A stretch of DNA of 64,000 bases from contig CM022679.1 in assembly GCA_012295275.1 (NCBI GenBank), forward strand, positions 16,554,001 to 16,618,000, read 5' to 3'. Source of the stretch: Chrysomallon squamiferum. Taxonomy: Eukaryota; Animalia; Mollusca. The notes beneath the pieces were generated by a model that was given only the letters and a program-made list of their open reading frames with translations, did not search any database and had not been told where the DNA came from. Shown piece after piece: positions 29,635 through 44,800 of the stretch (positions are counted from its first letter, which is position 1; every line of letters starts with the position of its first letter). The translations under genes and the position numbers were made by a program.

Positions 29635-30392
29635 ATATAAGAAATTAATTACTTAACCGAAAAAATCGAATATAGCATTACATTGCCAGTATCAAGAATC
29701 CATATTAAAAATCCATATTACATTTCAGTGTAACATATGGTAAAATAAAATATAGCAATTATTTAATCCACATATTTACTTATATTAAACAGATTTCTTT
29801 CAAAGTACAGTTTTGTACAATAGCAAAAAAAAACATAAATAACATCAACAACAACAATAACAATAAAATATAAATAAATATTTAAATAAATACACAAGTT
29901 AATAAATAAATATATTCCTTGAGACTAAATAATGGTACAAAACGGTGGGTACAAGTTTTTTTTTTTTGTTAACAAACAATGTCTGTCCACAATTAATTAA
30001 CTTGTACATGAAACTCAAGTCACTTACAAATATCAGCTGATTCTATTTCTTTGTTTGCTTGGTTGGTTGGGTTTTTTTATTTATTTATTTATTTATTTAT
30101 TTTATTTTATTTATTTTATTATTATTATCACTTATTTTTTATTGTTGTTGCTTATTTGTTCGTATGTTTGATTTTTGCCTTTGTTTTTATCATTATCATT
30201 ATTACTGGGAGAAAATGTATTATATATTAAATAATTAATTGATTAAATTAAGGTATTGTAAATGAAAACGTATTTCAGTTGCACAAATACTCTGTACAGG
30301 TTTAGTAACCATTAAGCGATTGAATTCTTGACACATTTTCAGCTACTTTCGCGATATTAGTAGATAATTCCTGAAAAAAAAAAAAAAAAAAA

Positions 30393-30430
<38 letters not shown>

Positions 30431-30811
30431 AATAATAATAATAAAATGAAATAAAGTAAACACTAATAATAAGAATAATAATAATAATAACAAAATAAAT
30501 AAATAATAAAAGTTAAATAAAATCAAATAAATTCGAAGAAAAATCCCAGAAAAATTCGAAAATTCACTAGTGGAAATTTAAACTGAAATCAGTTATTATA
30601 AAGTTATTATTAACATATCTATTTTTCATTATTGACAAATGAAACTCAGTAACTTATTAAACTGTAACATAATTTCACTTGTTTGTTCTGAAAATATTAA
30701 AATTCGGTTTTCTGTCAGTTCTTTTCATGAAGTGGAACTTTTAATCTCTCTTTAAAGTGTTACAATCAATTTACATCATACATTTAATTTTATTAAATCG
30801 AATAATGTTTT

Positions 30812-30896
<85 letters not shown>

Positions 30897-31074
30897 TATT
30901 ATTTCATTTCCTGTATTGTCAGTATATGGTGTATTACTAACACACCGAAATTCACCAAGCCTAACATTTTAAATTCCATCGAAGGTATTTCCTTGCATTA
31001 ATAGACAAACTCTCTTTTTATTGTAACGAGGAGCCGCCCACAGTTTTTCCCGCAATCTGACGTCTGCTAGAAAT

Positions 31075-31088
31075 GTGCCGTGCGCAAA
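31075..31088 (-). promoter_or_regulatory. Metal-response element (MTF-1-type), TTTGCGCACGGCAC
   Basis: Contains the MRE core TGCRCNC plus a GGCAC extension, about 127 bp upstream of the PDZ-LIM ATG in a CpG-rich stretch. 13/14 identical to the site at 57203. Confidence 0.65.
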
Positions 31089-31214
31089 AGTTTGTTTCCA
31101 TCAACCGGCCACGCGCATTGCTGGTGTGTACATCGGGTTTGACACATCGAGGGACATCCTACAGTCGGAGTACTGTCGCTCAGTTAGTATCCACGAGTTT
31201 GACTCTCTTGAAAC

Positions 31215-34067
31215 ATGAGTAACATTGAGCAGCAAGCAGCAGAAACACTGCAGATCTTTCTTACCAGGCCGGACACAGCCACCCCTTGGGGGTTCCGTCT
31301 TCAGGGCGGAGTGGATTTTAGCACCCCGTTATCCATCCAAGTGGTAAGTTTTTATTTATTTTTGTTAGTATTTTTTTTAGGTTTTTTTTTTTTAGGTTTT
31401 TTTGGAAAATAACTATCAAGGTGTATCGGTTTTATTATTTAAACGTAAGTCAATGTTTATTTTATGCTTTGTTGAGTTTATGGACTACGAAATGTGCGAT
31501 ATCTGTAATAATAACCGCACAAACAAAACCGCTATTTTAGCCATTAAAGCGAAGTCGTTGGCACCGTGCCTGAAACAGAAAGTTAATGTCGGTGTTTCTC
31601 CCAGCCGCTCGCTACAAGAGATAGGAAGTGTGAGTAGTGTTCTTCTTGCGCTGACGGTAATGAGTCGCTATATATGGATTAGAGACTGGCGTTCCAAAAA
31701 TACCTGTGCGACAGACTGTGCTGTGTGTTTAATACCTGAGTAAAGCTCTGTAGGTAGCTGGGTGAGGACGGGATGACAGTCACCTTTCAACACCTTTAAC
31801 TGATTGCTTTTGTACTGTGACACCCACTGACACACGTGTTTTTGTTAACCCTCTCCCAAACGTGATGAACGCACCCCTGCTGTGTAGTTCATTCTGTTAC
31901 AGCTTATGGGATTTTATGAAATTTAAGATGTATACATACATTCGTGCACATATAAACAAACATACACATACTAAATATAATGTTACACATAAACTGTACA
32001 CACACGAATGTGGTGATAGTGTAACAGCATGATAGAACATTGATTTTTATTAATTACAAATTACTGAAGATGTATATATTTACATATAAATAACAGAAAG
32101 GAAAATTATTATTATTATTAAATTGATTATGAGCAAGATTCTTACATTTATTTTTACACTTTTATAATGTGTACATATGTGTAGGCCTTTTGAACAATAT
32201 ATAAATATCTACTACTGTATGGAGTAAATATATATTGCATAAAACCAATGTATGTGTATTATATTTATGAACAATGTATAAATATTTTACTAAATCATAT
32301 GTAATATGTTTTTGAACAATGTATAAATAATTTATTATTATATGTAATACAGACTTAATCATTACGTAATATATACAACAAACACTGATGTTTAATGTTT
32401 CTCTGATTGTTCTGTTCATTCAAGTACTGTGTTTTACTTAAAGTTGGACAGTCTTATAATACACATACACACACAAAGAGACAGAATGTCGTTATCTCTG
32501 ATTGTTCTGTTCATTCAAGTACTGTGTTTTACTTAAAGTTGGACAGTCTTATAATACACATACACACACAAAGAGACAGAATGTCGTTATCTCTGATTGT
32601 TCTGTTCATTCAAGTACTGTGTTTTACTTAAAGTTGGACAGTCTTATAATACACATACACACACAAAGAGACAGAATGTCCTTATCTCTGATTGTTCTGT
32701 TCATTCAAGTACTGTGTTTTACTTAAAGTTGGACAGTCTTATAATACACATACACATACACAGAGACAGAATGTCCTTATCTCTGATTGTTCTGTTCATT
32801 CAAGTACTGTGTTTTACTTAAAGTTGGACAGTCTTATAATACACACAAAGAGACAGAATGTCCTTATCTCTGATTGTTCTGTTCATTCAAGTACTGTGTT
32901 TTACTTAAAGTTGGACAGTCTTATAATACACATACACAGAGACAGAATGTCCTTATCTCTGATTGTTCTGTTCATTCAAGTACTGTGTTTTACTTAAAGT
33001 TGGACAGTCTTATAATACACACAAAGAGACAGAATGTCGTTATCTCGTAAAAAATCAGAACCAGTGCTAAGTTTAAACAGTGTGTGTTTGAACAAGTAAG
33101 TTTATTACATTTTGCGTATCCCACAGCTAGTTTGATTTCACTGTTTACTAAATGTATGAGACTGTTTTTCTCACAAGCTAGGTGGAGTCATGCTGTCAGA
33201 CAAAAAAGTCTTTGTCAGAGAAATTCCTCTGCTGTGTGGATTTCATTACACTGAACATCTAATGAAATTTTGAGCTGCCTGGACAAGTTTTGTTTGGGGG
33301 GTTCTTCTACAGACATATTTAAATGGTACAAATCCCCACTTTCTACTACTAATAAACGAGTCTACCCTCACCCAAAAGCAGCATGTGGTCTTTCCTTGTT
33401 GAATTTTGTTTTTATTTTCTTTCATTTTTTTTTCTGATTTACTTCATACACATATACATACACATACACATATACATACATACATACACACACACATACA
33501 CACACATATACACACATACACATACACATATACACACATACATATACATATACACATACACAGACACATACACACACACATAAACATACTGACATACACA
33601 CAAACCTATATATCATACAGACATTTATTTTGGAAGTATCACACACAAACACACACAAATATGTATTTGTAATTTTACAATATCAGTCACAAATTCCAGT
33701 GACACTGACACGGTACATTTCTAAATCATGTTTTCATATTAATTTACATGTTCAGTTTGCCCTGGAGTAACTGTAAGAAGAAACTAGGTGTACTGGACAG
33801 ATGTCAGTTTTAGAATTTTATTTAAAATCTAAACATTGTGATCTTCACAGCTAGTTCCAAACACCAGGTTAGACAGATTTACTGCTAATTTCACACACTG
33901 GGACTGGTGCAGTGCTTTCTCTGTGATAAAGAAGTAATTGATACACCTTTCAGTTTTCTGATAGTTACCATAGTTTCCACCTGTAGATCAGTTTCACCTC
34001 AATACCTCCATTGTGTATTGGTAGTGGCAAATATAGTGACATTTATTACTACTACTACTACAACTTC

Positions 34068-34109
<42 letters not shown>

Positions 34110-34317
34110 GACTACTATACTACTACTGCTAATGCAACTACTACTACTGCTACTGTTCTTACTACTTCTGTTAGTATTAATATTTATTCATTTATTTATT
34201 TATTAGTATTATTATTATAATATTATTATTACTGATTTATTACTACTATTTTACTATTATTGCTACTATTACCACTACTACTGTTACCTTTGCTTCCACT
34301 ACTACTACTATTACTAT

Positions 34318-34356
<39 letters not shown>

Positions 34357-34932
34357 AACTACTATTTTATTATTATTATTAGCAGTTTTCTGTTTCACTT
34401 TACTTCTGTATATTGTTGTTACACTCTGTGTTACAGCTCTTGAATCTCCACCCTGTGTTACAGCTCTTGAATCTCCACCCTGTGTTACAGCTCTTGAATC
34501 TCCACCCTGTGTTACACCTCTTGAATCTCCACCCTGTGTTACAGCTCTTGAATCTCCACCCTGTGTTACAGCTCTTGAATCTCCACCCTGTGTTACACCT
34601 CTTGAATCTCCACCCTGTGTTACAGCTCTTGAATCTCCACCCTGTGTTACAGCTCTTGAATCTCCACCCTGTGTTACAGCTCTTGAATCTCCACCCTGTG
34701 TTACAGCTCTTGAATCTCCACCCTGTGTTTATCTGTGTACATTCCTCACACAACACTAAATAGCTGCTGTAGATTATTCATAGTCGCTTTTTATGTTTGC
34801 TTTTCTCTTATTTCTTTTTAGTGTCTGCAGCAGTCATTATATATTTTTTACACACATGCATACACATACACACACGTGCATGCACATACATATGCCTGTG
34901 TATGTGTACACATATAAATACACATACATACA

Positions 34933-34966
<34 letters not shown>

Positions 34967-37900
34967 GAATATACAAATCATATTCAGGACTAGACAATTA
35001 AATACCTAGTATTTATGTATATCTGTGTGATTACATGTATGTGTATCTGTGTGATTACATGTATGTGTATCTGTGTGATTACATGTATGTGTATCTGTGT
35101 GATTACATGTTTGTGTATCTGTGTGATTACATATATGTGTATCTGTGTGATTACATGTATGTGTATCTGTGTGATTACATGTATGTGTATCTGTGTGATT
35201 ACATGTTTGTGTATCTGTGTGATTACATATATGTGTATCTGTGTGATTACATGTATGTGTATCTGTGTGATTGCATGTATGTGTATCTGTGTGATTATGT
35301 AACAGAACACACCAGACACAAACTGCTGGCAGAAACAGTCATTAGACCTGCTGGTGTTTACCTTGGGAAGGAATTGGCCCTGCACAATTAGAATAACAAA
35401 CCTATCTGAGCTGTGAGGTGCCCACCAGTCTGGATGTTGTGGTGGGTGTGACTGGACTGCAGCGTGCAACCTGAGAATGATTCATGTATGTCTGACATGG
35501 CATAACCTGAAAACAATTAATGTGTTTTTGTTACTTAGTGTCGGTTCTATCTTCTTATAAATTTTATGTTCATTCTGTTTGAAAAATCAATTTAAACTAT
35601 TTTCCATGGCGTGGTCTTGCCTCATGAATATTATTAGTGTCCTGTTACATCAGCAGTGTAGATATAAAATAATAATTGTTATTCTTATCTATTGTGAGTT
35701 TTTTTTGTTAATTAATTTATTTATTTATTATTATTATTTTTTTTTTTTTTTTTTGGTTGTAAAAGCAATTAAGAGTTTTACATTTCATTCTGTTAATTTT
35801 AAATATCATATACATTAAATTGTTACATTAATTAAAAGTATTTGATATTTCTAGCACTTATTATACATTAGCTAAATGTATTCAATATTAAAATGTAATA
35901 AACATCAGTTAAATGTAACTTTATATATTAAGTTATTACCTGTTATTTGCTATCTATTATAATGATATTAAAATGAGCTCCATGTATTTTGTATGCATGT
36001 ATTTAAATGTTATTGACTGTAATTGTGTGTACATTTGTGTGCCATAATTAAAATGTTATAAAATTAAGTATTATTAATGCTAGTTGAATACACAGATATT
36101 TGCCATATAAAATATTATTAACATTAGCACAAGGTATGAAATGTGTTCTACGTTCAACTTTCAAGTGTATTTATTCATGTGGAAATATTTGTTCTTGTTT
36201 ACAAGGAAAATCTACATGTAGATTGCAGATCAGAACATTGGCATTCTGACAATTATCTTTGGTTACCTGAAACTTGTAACCAAAAAAAAAGTTTCCTTTC
36301 TGAGGAGAATAAGTAAGATGGTAAAGGTTTCTGTTTACAAACAGACATACAGTGATATCTGTGTCATTAAAATACTTTAAATACTTTCTTTTTTATCTCC
36401 ATGTCTCTAATACAATCAAGATTAATAACAATTCTTTAAATATCAACAGAGGCCATGGATTTTTATTTTTATTTTTATTTTTTTTTGTCTGTAAGATTAT
36501 AAACAGAATCCTGTCTGCAACATAATTACATTCTTTATTTGAGTTAAAAGTAAACAAGCATAAGTGAATAGCTTATTTATATTATTAAATATTTATACTT
36601 GCAGTACTGATAATACAGGGCTTGAACAGATTATTTTATATCAATATTTATATCACTGACATGTTTTTAATCCTATTAGATAAAACACAATATATGTGTG
36701 TGTGTCTGTCTGTGTGTGTGTGCTTTGAAATTGGTAAATTCCTTCTGCCACTTAATAATTTCTGTTATAATATACGAGAACTTTTATTTAATAAATATTC
36801 TTTTACTTCTTTAACTGTGAGTTACTGAAAATATTTTCTTCACAAACCTTTCATCTCAGGTGTTTCCCAGATGTTTCAGAACTCTGAGGAAATCCAGGAA
36901 AAAGGAAATATCATCATTATGGTAAACAGAATTTTGAAGATGAACTGTATTTCATTAAAAGGAACAAAACAAATGTTATTGGCATGCATGTCCTGGATCC
37001 ATGTGTAAATTATGTTGAATTATTGCTAAACGGAACAAAGTGAAATGATCAAAGGACCTATCTAACCTGAGATACAGAGCTTTATGTTTATTTCCTATTC
37101 TAACGAGTGCTCCACATGTGTTGCACAAATCAGTTATATAAATATAAATATTAATAAGTATTTAACCTTTTTACTGATTGTCTGCTGTTCACCTATTGAA
37201 TAATGTGGTAGTTGTGTCTTAGCAACACCGACAGCAAAGAAAAAAACAATGACTGCTGAGCTAAAAAAAATCATTTCACGGATTTCGTAAAATGTTTGAT
37301 AAATGTGGATAATTACATGTTTCCACATCATCAATGAAAAGAAAGGAGATTTCCTAAATGAAGGATAGTACACCTTTTGATTCATGTGTACTACTACCGT
37401 TGCCAATAACAACCAGGGTTTGTCTGACATTTTGGTAAGTGAAAGTTGTTTAACACAGAATCTGTGTTACATTCCAGTCTTCATTCATTTAGGCCATTCA
37501 ACTGCTGCACTTTCAGTAGTGCTAAGACACAAGTACTATATTAATTAAATAGGTGAACAGTAGAAGACAATAAAAATGTTAAATACTTTCTTTATCAAAT
37601 CATAATATATTACACAGCTGTATGTGAATGATCTGAAATGTATTACACAGTTACATGTGAAATACAATGTTTTTATCATATCAGGATGATGTATTATAAA
37701 TGTAAAATTACAGCATGCTGTTCTATCATACAATATATTAAATTTTATATTTTAAATCCTGCACTGACACATGGTAATGAAAATGTATTTGAAATCCAAG
37801 GCTGAATTAAATGTTAACTATATAATGCAATAGTACTGCTTATAATACTGTAATAAAGGAATGACCATTAGCTCCTACATACATATGTATGCATGTACAT

Positions 37901-38750
37901 ACACAAACACATATGCACAAACACACATATATACTATATAAAATACATATACAAAATTACACGATACATAAATAGATTCACATTAATGTCCATTCATACA
38001 CATTCATTCACATGACAGGAAAATAATGTCAGTGAATATAGCTGCCAACCATGAGAACACATTTAGCTTATTTGAATAACACACGAATGTTTTTCTGAAT
38101 TAGCAATGCTTTGAAAAGTAATGTATTGCAGAAAAAAGAACAAAAAGGGGTAAAAAAAGGACATCATTTCTATTCTTAAAAAATCAAAAAGCTGAATTTT
38201 TTGGAAGTAATGGAATTGTTATTAAAACTAAATTATTCATAAATATAATGCATTTAAAAAACAAATCCATGGTGCATAAAAAAAATATGATGGTGTATTT
38301 ACTTCTAGACACAGCTGTTTTATCTGTTGGTTTGAGGTTCACATATGTGTAATGGCACCCATTAATACAACCTTTGATTTTTGAATACTTTTTATTGAAT
38401 GTTGAAGATGTGTATGTATATTACAATGTATACATCTTTGGAATATCTGTGTACAAGCGTGACAGACTATAAGGGATACTGATATACATACAGGTCTCTG
38501 TGTGAGTGTGGAGAAGAAGAGAGAAGAGTTTTTGTATGAGTACCATATTATCTGTTATTCCTTTCTTACCAATAGAACACATTTAACATTAATTCAGTAT
38601 TACCAGGAATAAGATGATATACAGCTGTTCAAAATATAATAAATAAATTCATACACCCACTCACACATACATACACACACATATATAAAACATATCAGTA
38701 TATAGACAAAAATATGTATGCGTATTTGTTTCTTTACTAAGACATACATC

Positions 38751-38812
<62 letters not shown>

Positions 38813-41800
38813 GGTAGTATTTGTTACACTGTTACATATTTCATTCATTTGTTAATAGCTAGCTGACAGTTACATGTTTAGAGAAGTATTGGTTTTATAC
38901 ATACTGTATGTCACACTTAGAGACATCTGTTAGTCTATGTAACACATTTTTAATAGATGCTGTAATACATGTCTGTATTTCATAAGCAAGCTGAATTGTC
39001 GTCAGATTCTGAACAAAACAAGAGAAATGATTTAATGTTTAATTAGTGTCCACATCACATAAGAAAACCACACTTTTAAATTAATTTATTAAAAAAAATA
39101 ACTACTTAGATTTAGTTTTGAAGCAGTAAAAAATGATTAAAGTCATTTGTAAATGTTATGTAAGAATCTTAAAAATACTGGGAAAAAAGGAGAAGAAAAA
39201 AGCATTATTTAATGATGTTATTAATCTGTAAATTTGAATGAAAAAGAATTCTTCAGAATCTAGAATGGTACATTGTTTTTCAAAACATCTGTTAAGTTAA
39301 TAAAAAGAATACTATAAAACAAATAAAATTCAGTTCATTATAATACATGTGGAATTAAATAACTTTTTGAAAAACATATATATTCTTTTTTTAAACTTTT
39401 ATTACACAAACCGTGTTATTTCAGGTTCAGCCTAACAGTGTTTCAGAAAGGGCGGGGCTGCTGGCGGGTGATGCTATACTGCAGATAAACAACACGCCCA
39501 CAGATAGCTTGACACATGAAAATGCCAAGATGGAAATTGTCCGCTCCGGAAATGATATCAATCTGCTAGTGGCACGGTGAGACTTTTTATACACAGGGAT
39601 TTACACACATCCAGGGATTTACACACAGACCCAGGGATTTACACACATCCAGGGATTTACACACATCCAGGGATTTACACACATCCAGGGATTTACACAC
39701 ATCCAGGGATTTACACACATCCAGGGATTTACACACACATCCAGGGATTTACACACATCCAGGGATTTACACACATCCAGGGATTTACACACATCCAGGG
39801 ACCCAGGGATTTTACACATCCAGGGATTTAGACCCAGGGATTTACACACACACAGGGAGACATCCAGGGTTTTACACACAGACCCAGGGTTTACACACAT
39901 CCAGGGATTTACCACTCCAGGTTTTACACATCCAGGGATTTACACACAGAGACCCAGGGATTTTACACACAGACCCAGGGTTTTACACATCCAGGGACCC
40001 AGACCCAGGGATTTTGGGTTTTACACACAGACACAGGGATTTTTACACACATCCAGGGATTTACACATCCAGGGACCAGACCCAGGGATTTACACACATC
40101 CCTGGGATTTTACACACATCCAGGGACCCTCCAGGGGTTTTACACACATCCAGGGATTTACACACATCCTGGGTTTTACACACATCCAGGGATTTACATA
40201 GACCCAGGGATTTACACATAGACCCATGGATTTACACATAGACCCTGGGTTTTACACAGAGACCCTGGGATTTATACAAACATCCAGGGATTTACACACA
40301 CATCCAGGGATTTACACAGAGACACAGAGATTTACACAGAGATCCTGGGATTTACATATAGACCCATGGATTTATACAAACATCCAGGGATTTATACACA
40401 CATCCAGGGATTTATACAAACATCCAGGGATTTATACAAACATCCAGGGATTTATACACACATCCAGGGATTTACACAGAGACACAGAGATTTACACTTA
40501 GACCCTGGGATTTACACACAGACCCATGGATTTATACACACATCCAGGGATTTACACAGAGATCCTGGGATTTACACATAGACCCTGGGATTTACACATA
40601 GACCCTGGGATTTACACATAGACTGGTTGTGTCCATGACTTAATAGGATCCAAGTTTTTGTATTATGACACAAGACAGATAGGGAATGACACTTTTTATA
40701 AACAGAGACCCAGGGCTTAGACAGGTCTTATTTCAGAGATAAAAGTTCCAGTGCATAATTCTCCAGTGTAGTTTAAAACACTATCAAAACAAACATAAAA
40801 TATTAAGAAAAAAAAAAAGGCTGGGAAAGATTCCACAAGTGCCTTGATAAAGTTCCTTAGATAAGTTCCAAGGTGCACAATTCATTATATGATATGTAAA
40901 AAGCCAAGTAACCTAACTTCGTTATGCAGTTTAACTTGTATTTCTTGCAGATTTTATTGAACATTTTTCTTACAAATATAGTGTACAGGCTATTTATGAC
41001 GTGTTCACAAGAATTCAGTGTATTGGTCATATCGCTTCACCCACTTTCTACTTTCAACGTTTTTTCTAACACAGTTATTGCACCACTATTTCTGAAATCT
41101 TAGATCAAGTGAAAAGGCTTTTAAATCGAGCTTTTATTTATTTCACTTTTTTTTTTTTTTTTTCATTATACTAATCACCACAGACTTTATTTGCATAACC
41201 CAAATAACATGGCATTAATGTTTATCACCACTGCACAATAAAAACTGAAACTCATGTAAGTACAGTAGGGTTGAGATAAGTTTAGATTACTTCTTTTCAT
41301 ATTTAAGTGTTTATAGTTCCAACCTGTGCCCCAGTACTGGTTTATCAAAGATTATGTAAGGCATGCATTTTCCTGTTTATGGGTTGGTGCATTAAAAAAA
41401 ATCTTGGTGTTATTTTTTATGAGCAGCCATTATAGGGATGACAGCATATTTCTCTCATTATACGAAATGACATAATACTGGTATTTAATAACTATTAAAT
41501 ACTTTAAAATGGTTAAAAACCCCAGTGTATTATATTCATTTAAGTAGTAAATGCCTAAGGAAATGTAATTAGTTTCTTAAGTCTGATGTTAAGAGCAGAC
41601 ATTTTAATTTTTAAAATATTTGCATTACATTTTTCGTTTTGGTTTTCATCAAAGAAGCTGTCTTCAAGATTTCTTTTCAGTGGTTTTACACAACCAGGAG
41701 TTTGTGAAATCCACTTCAGTGTGTATTATTTCCTGTTGTAGCCCAGTCACTGAAACCACATCACAGTGGACATCATACGTACTTCCTGTCTGTGAAAAGA

Positions 41801-44800
41801 TGTAGATGATATGACAAATTCTTTTCTGCTAATTGAAAAAGTAGCTAAGGAAATGTACTGAACAAATATTCATTAATTGTTTCATTCATTTATTCATTCT
41901 CTAATTCCTTCATTCATCCTTTTATTCCTTCATTGTTCATCCATTCACCTATTGATTGATTGATTGTTGCACTGAGTCACCCTTGTATTGGTTTTTCCAG
42001 TGGTGCTGTTAGGATCTGGAAGCCCCAGGTGACGCCTCTGTCTGAGCTGAGACCAGCAGAGCTGAAAACAATCAAAACAGCAACAGGAGACGACCTGCAG
42101 GCGGTTCAGAAAACCTCTCTCATTATGAACAGACCCCCACAGGTTGTGGTTACACTTTTTCTTCTTCCTAATATTTTAATAATAAGTTTCAGTATTGCAG
42201 TAAAATACAATACAATTATAAGATATGGTAGTGTACAATATTTGTTTGTTTCTTTGTTTATTTTTCAAATTTTATTCTAACAACATTAAAAGCTTTGTTA
42301 AAAGAGAAGAAAAACTATTAATAGCCAAATTATTGGGGGTGTGTTTTTTGTTGTGTTTTTTTGTGTTCTTTTTCTTTTAATATGTTGAAATGTTGTAAGA
42401 GTATGTTAGAGATGTTTCCTCAGCTGTAATATGTAACAGTGAAGTGTGACATAAACAAGAATGTCACTGTAAAATCTGTTCATTTATCTCCCTTCAGATT
42501 ATCATTGGTCTTCTTGATTATCAGTAAATGAAAAACATATTTATAATGTTTCATCCAACATTAAAGTTAATCTGTTAATAAAAAAATTTTATTTACTATT
42601 TTTAAATAATTCATGGTCTCTTTATACCTCTCCTTTTATTTTTATTTTACCAACCAGTGTTGTTGTTTTAGTGTTTTTATTCTCATTTCATCAGTCTGCT
42701 TTTTGTCAATTTAAAATAATATAACTTGTCTTCCTAAATCCTAGGTCCAGCTCTAAAAGTCTAAACTAAATAATTTGTTGAGATCTCTTTATATTAGTTT
42801 TCAAAACAACAGTGTCAGTGTATTAATAACTTTCTACAATTTCTAATAATGTATAATTACATCTAGGTACGTTTGATTAGTTTTCTTTACAAACAGAAAC
42901 TTGAGTTTTATCTGCTTTCTTCACCAGCTGTAGACAGGGTGTAGATGACACACGTTATTTGCTGTTTTTTCTGACAGGAGCCGTGCACAATTGGAAGCAG
43001 TCACAACAGAGCAGCTCAACCTTTTGGTGCTCCCAAAGCAGCCGTCCCCAACGTTGTCCATGCTCAGTACAACTCACCTATAGGACTGTATTCCGCTGAT
43101 AACATCGCCAACACCTACACCTCACAGACTGCAGGAATTCAGAAGGAAATGCAGAAGTATGTGAATTTGATTATTGTTTAAATGATTGTGTAATATGGAG
43201 CACCTGCTATACAGTGATATAAGTAGACTGTATAACTATCTTCTTCAGTAAATATATGTATGTGATATATGTATGTGTGTTGCTAGGTCTTGAGTAATGT
43301 GAACTGTGTACACTGGAGTTGAATGTTTGCAGTGTGCACTCAGTGACAGACACTCACTTTTTGAGACACACCCCCTGTTTAAACAAAGATGATGACTCAT
43401 AACTAGAATCGTCTCCCATCTCTATAAAACCACACCTGAGATACATCTTAGTGTAATCTGCAGCTCATTCCCATCACAGCTTACTTACTGTTATATCTCA
43501 CTGAAGTTTTCCAACTGGTGTGCTACAGGATCAAACCTCCTTTGTCCACATTTCAGGACATTTCCTGTCCAAAAACAAGTTCACTAAAGATGGTTTGATT
43601 CATGCTTTCTAAACTAAGTGAATGTGCTCCAGCTGGCTTTTTCCTGTTCCAACCAATGTTCAGTGGTTAATTTATCAATGTTCTTATGATATATACACTT
43701 TCCACTTTCTTTGAAGCTGTGTGGAAAAGGTACACTGTTAACTGATGAAAGGAACATTATCATGTTAATTATGTCTTACAATCATTATACAACACCTTTA
43801 TGTAAATAACAACCAATAATAAAATGCATCAAGCTGAAATTTACTATATCTTATATAAAACTATGCTTGCTGTTCATGACAAGTAAGCAGTGTTTGTTAC
43901 ATCATGATTTTTATTTCAGCCTTGACATCAATGAGCAGGAGGTGGGGGCGAAGTTGACCGGGACCTACCAGCCAGTGGCCACCTCGCCAGGTCAGAGTGC
44001 ACGCCACCAGGACACTAACCCTGGTGAAGAGATTGAGTACAAAGGCTACACTAACCCGAATCTGCAGTCTCGCTCTTTCCACGCTGTAACAGCAAAACTG
44101 GAGGAAGAGGGGGAGTGTATGTTCTGTTCCTTGCTGCATGGACAGGCCACATCACATCATCTCGGTTAAATCATCAGAATCATTCTCTGTCAAATTAATA
44201 CAGAATCTGAAACAAAAGTCGGAATTGTAAATTCATTGTTATGTGATGTGGCCTGAACCTTTTATAGCACATTGAAAATAACTACACATAGTTAATGTGA
44301 TGATATAAAAATAATGTACAGATTGATTTCAGTTAATGAAAATAATATACAGTTAATAGCAATTTATAATTAATTTGATATAATAAAAATAATGGTTGGT
44401 TAATTTGGTACAGTAATAATAGTTATTTAAATGTAAAAATAAAATTAAAAATGTTTGTTCTCACACAATCACATGTGCAATCATTAATGCATTCATTCAC
44501 ACCTAAGTGTGTAATTTATATCTGACATGTGTAAAACTTCAGTTTATAAACAACACTTTTATTTATGATTTAATTTTATTTAACTGATTGATGCTGTAAT
44601 AACTGAACTGATTTCTTCATTTAACTGTAACCAGCCAAGGAGAGAAGGTTTAATTTCAATATTCTGAATGTTTTAAATGTTGTAGCATGATTTTCACTTT
44701 TGAAATTTATGTTGGTATGAAACATTTGGTTAACAATAATGTTTTGTTGTGTGTTTTTACTAATTTTTGTGTTCTTTAAAACTGTTATGTAAGTATTCAG

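Noticed and set aside
34400-35469. Repetitive peptides (CNTGWRFKS, VITQIHIH, YVYLCD) as Cys/His-rich metal-binding proteins
   Set aside because: They are read-through of 27- and 24-bp intronic minisatellites whose periods are multiples of 3, with no supporting gene structure.
39577-40581. PGIYTH-type repeat ORFs
   Set aside because: Intronic minisatellite with variable unit length and frequent frame changes.
44635-44647. Possible 13-nt microexon (CAG|CCAAGGAGAGAAG|GT) in PDZ-LIM intron 5
   Set aside because: It would break the frame between exon 5 (phase 1) and exon 6, and the donor is weak.
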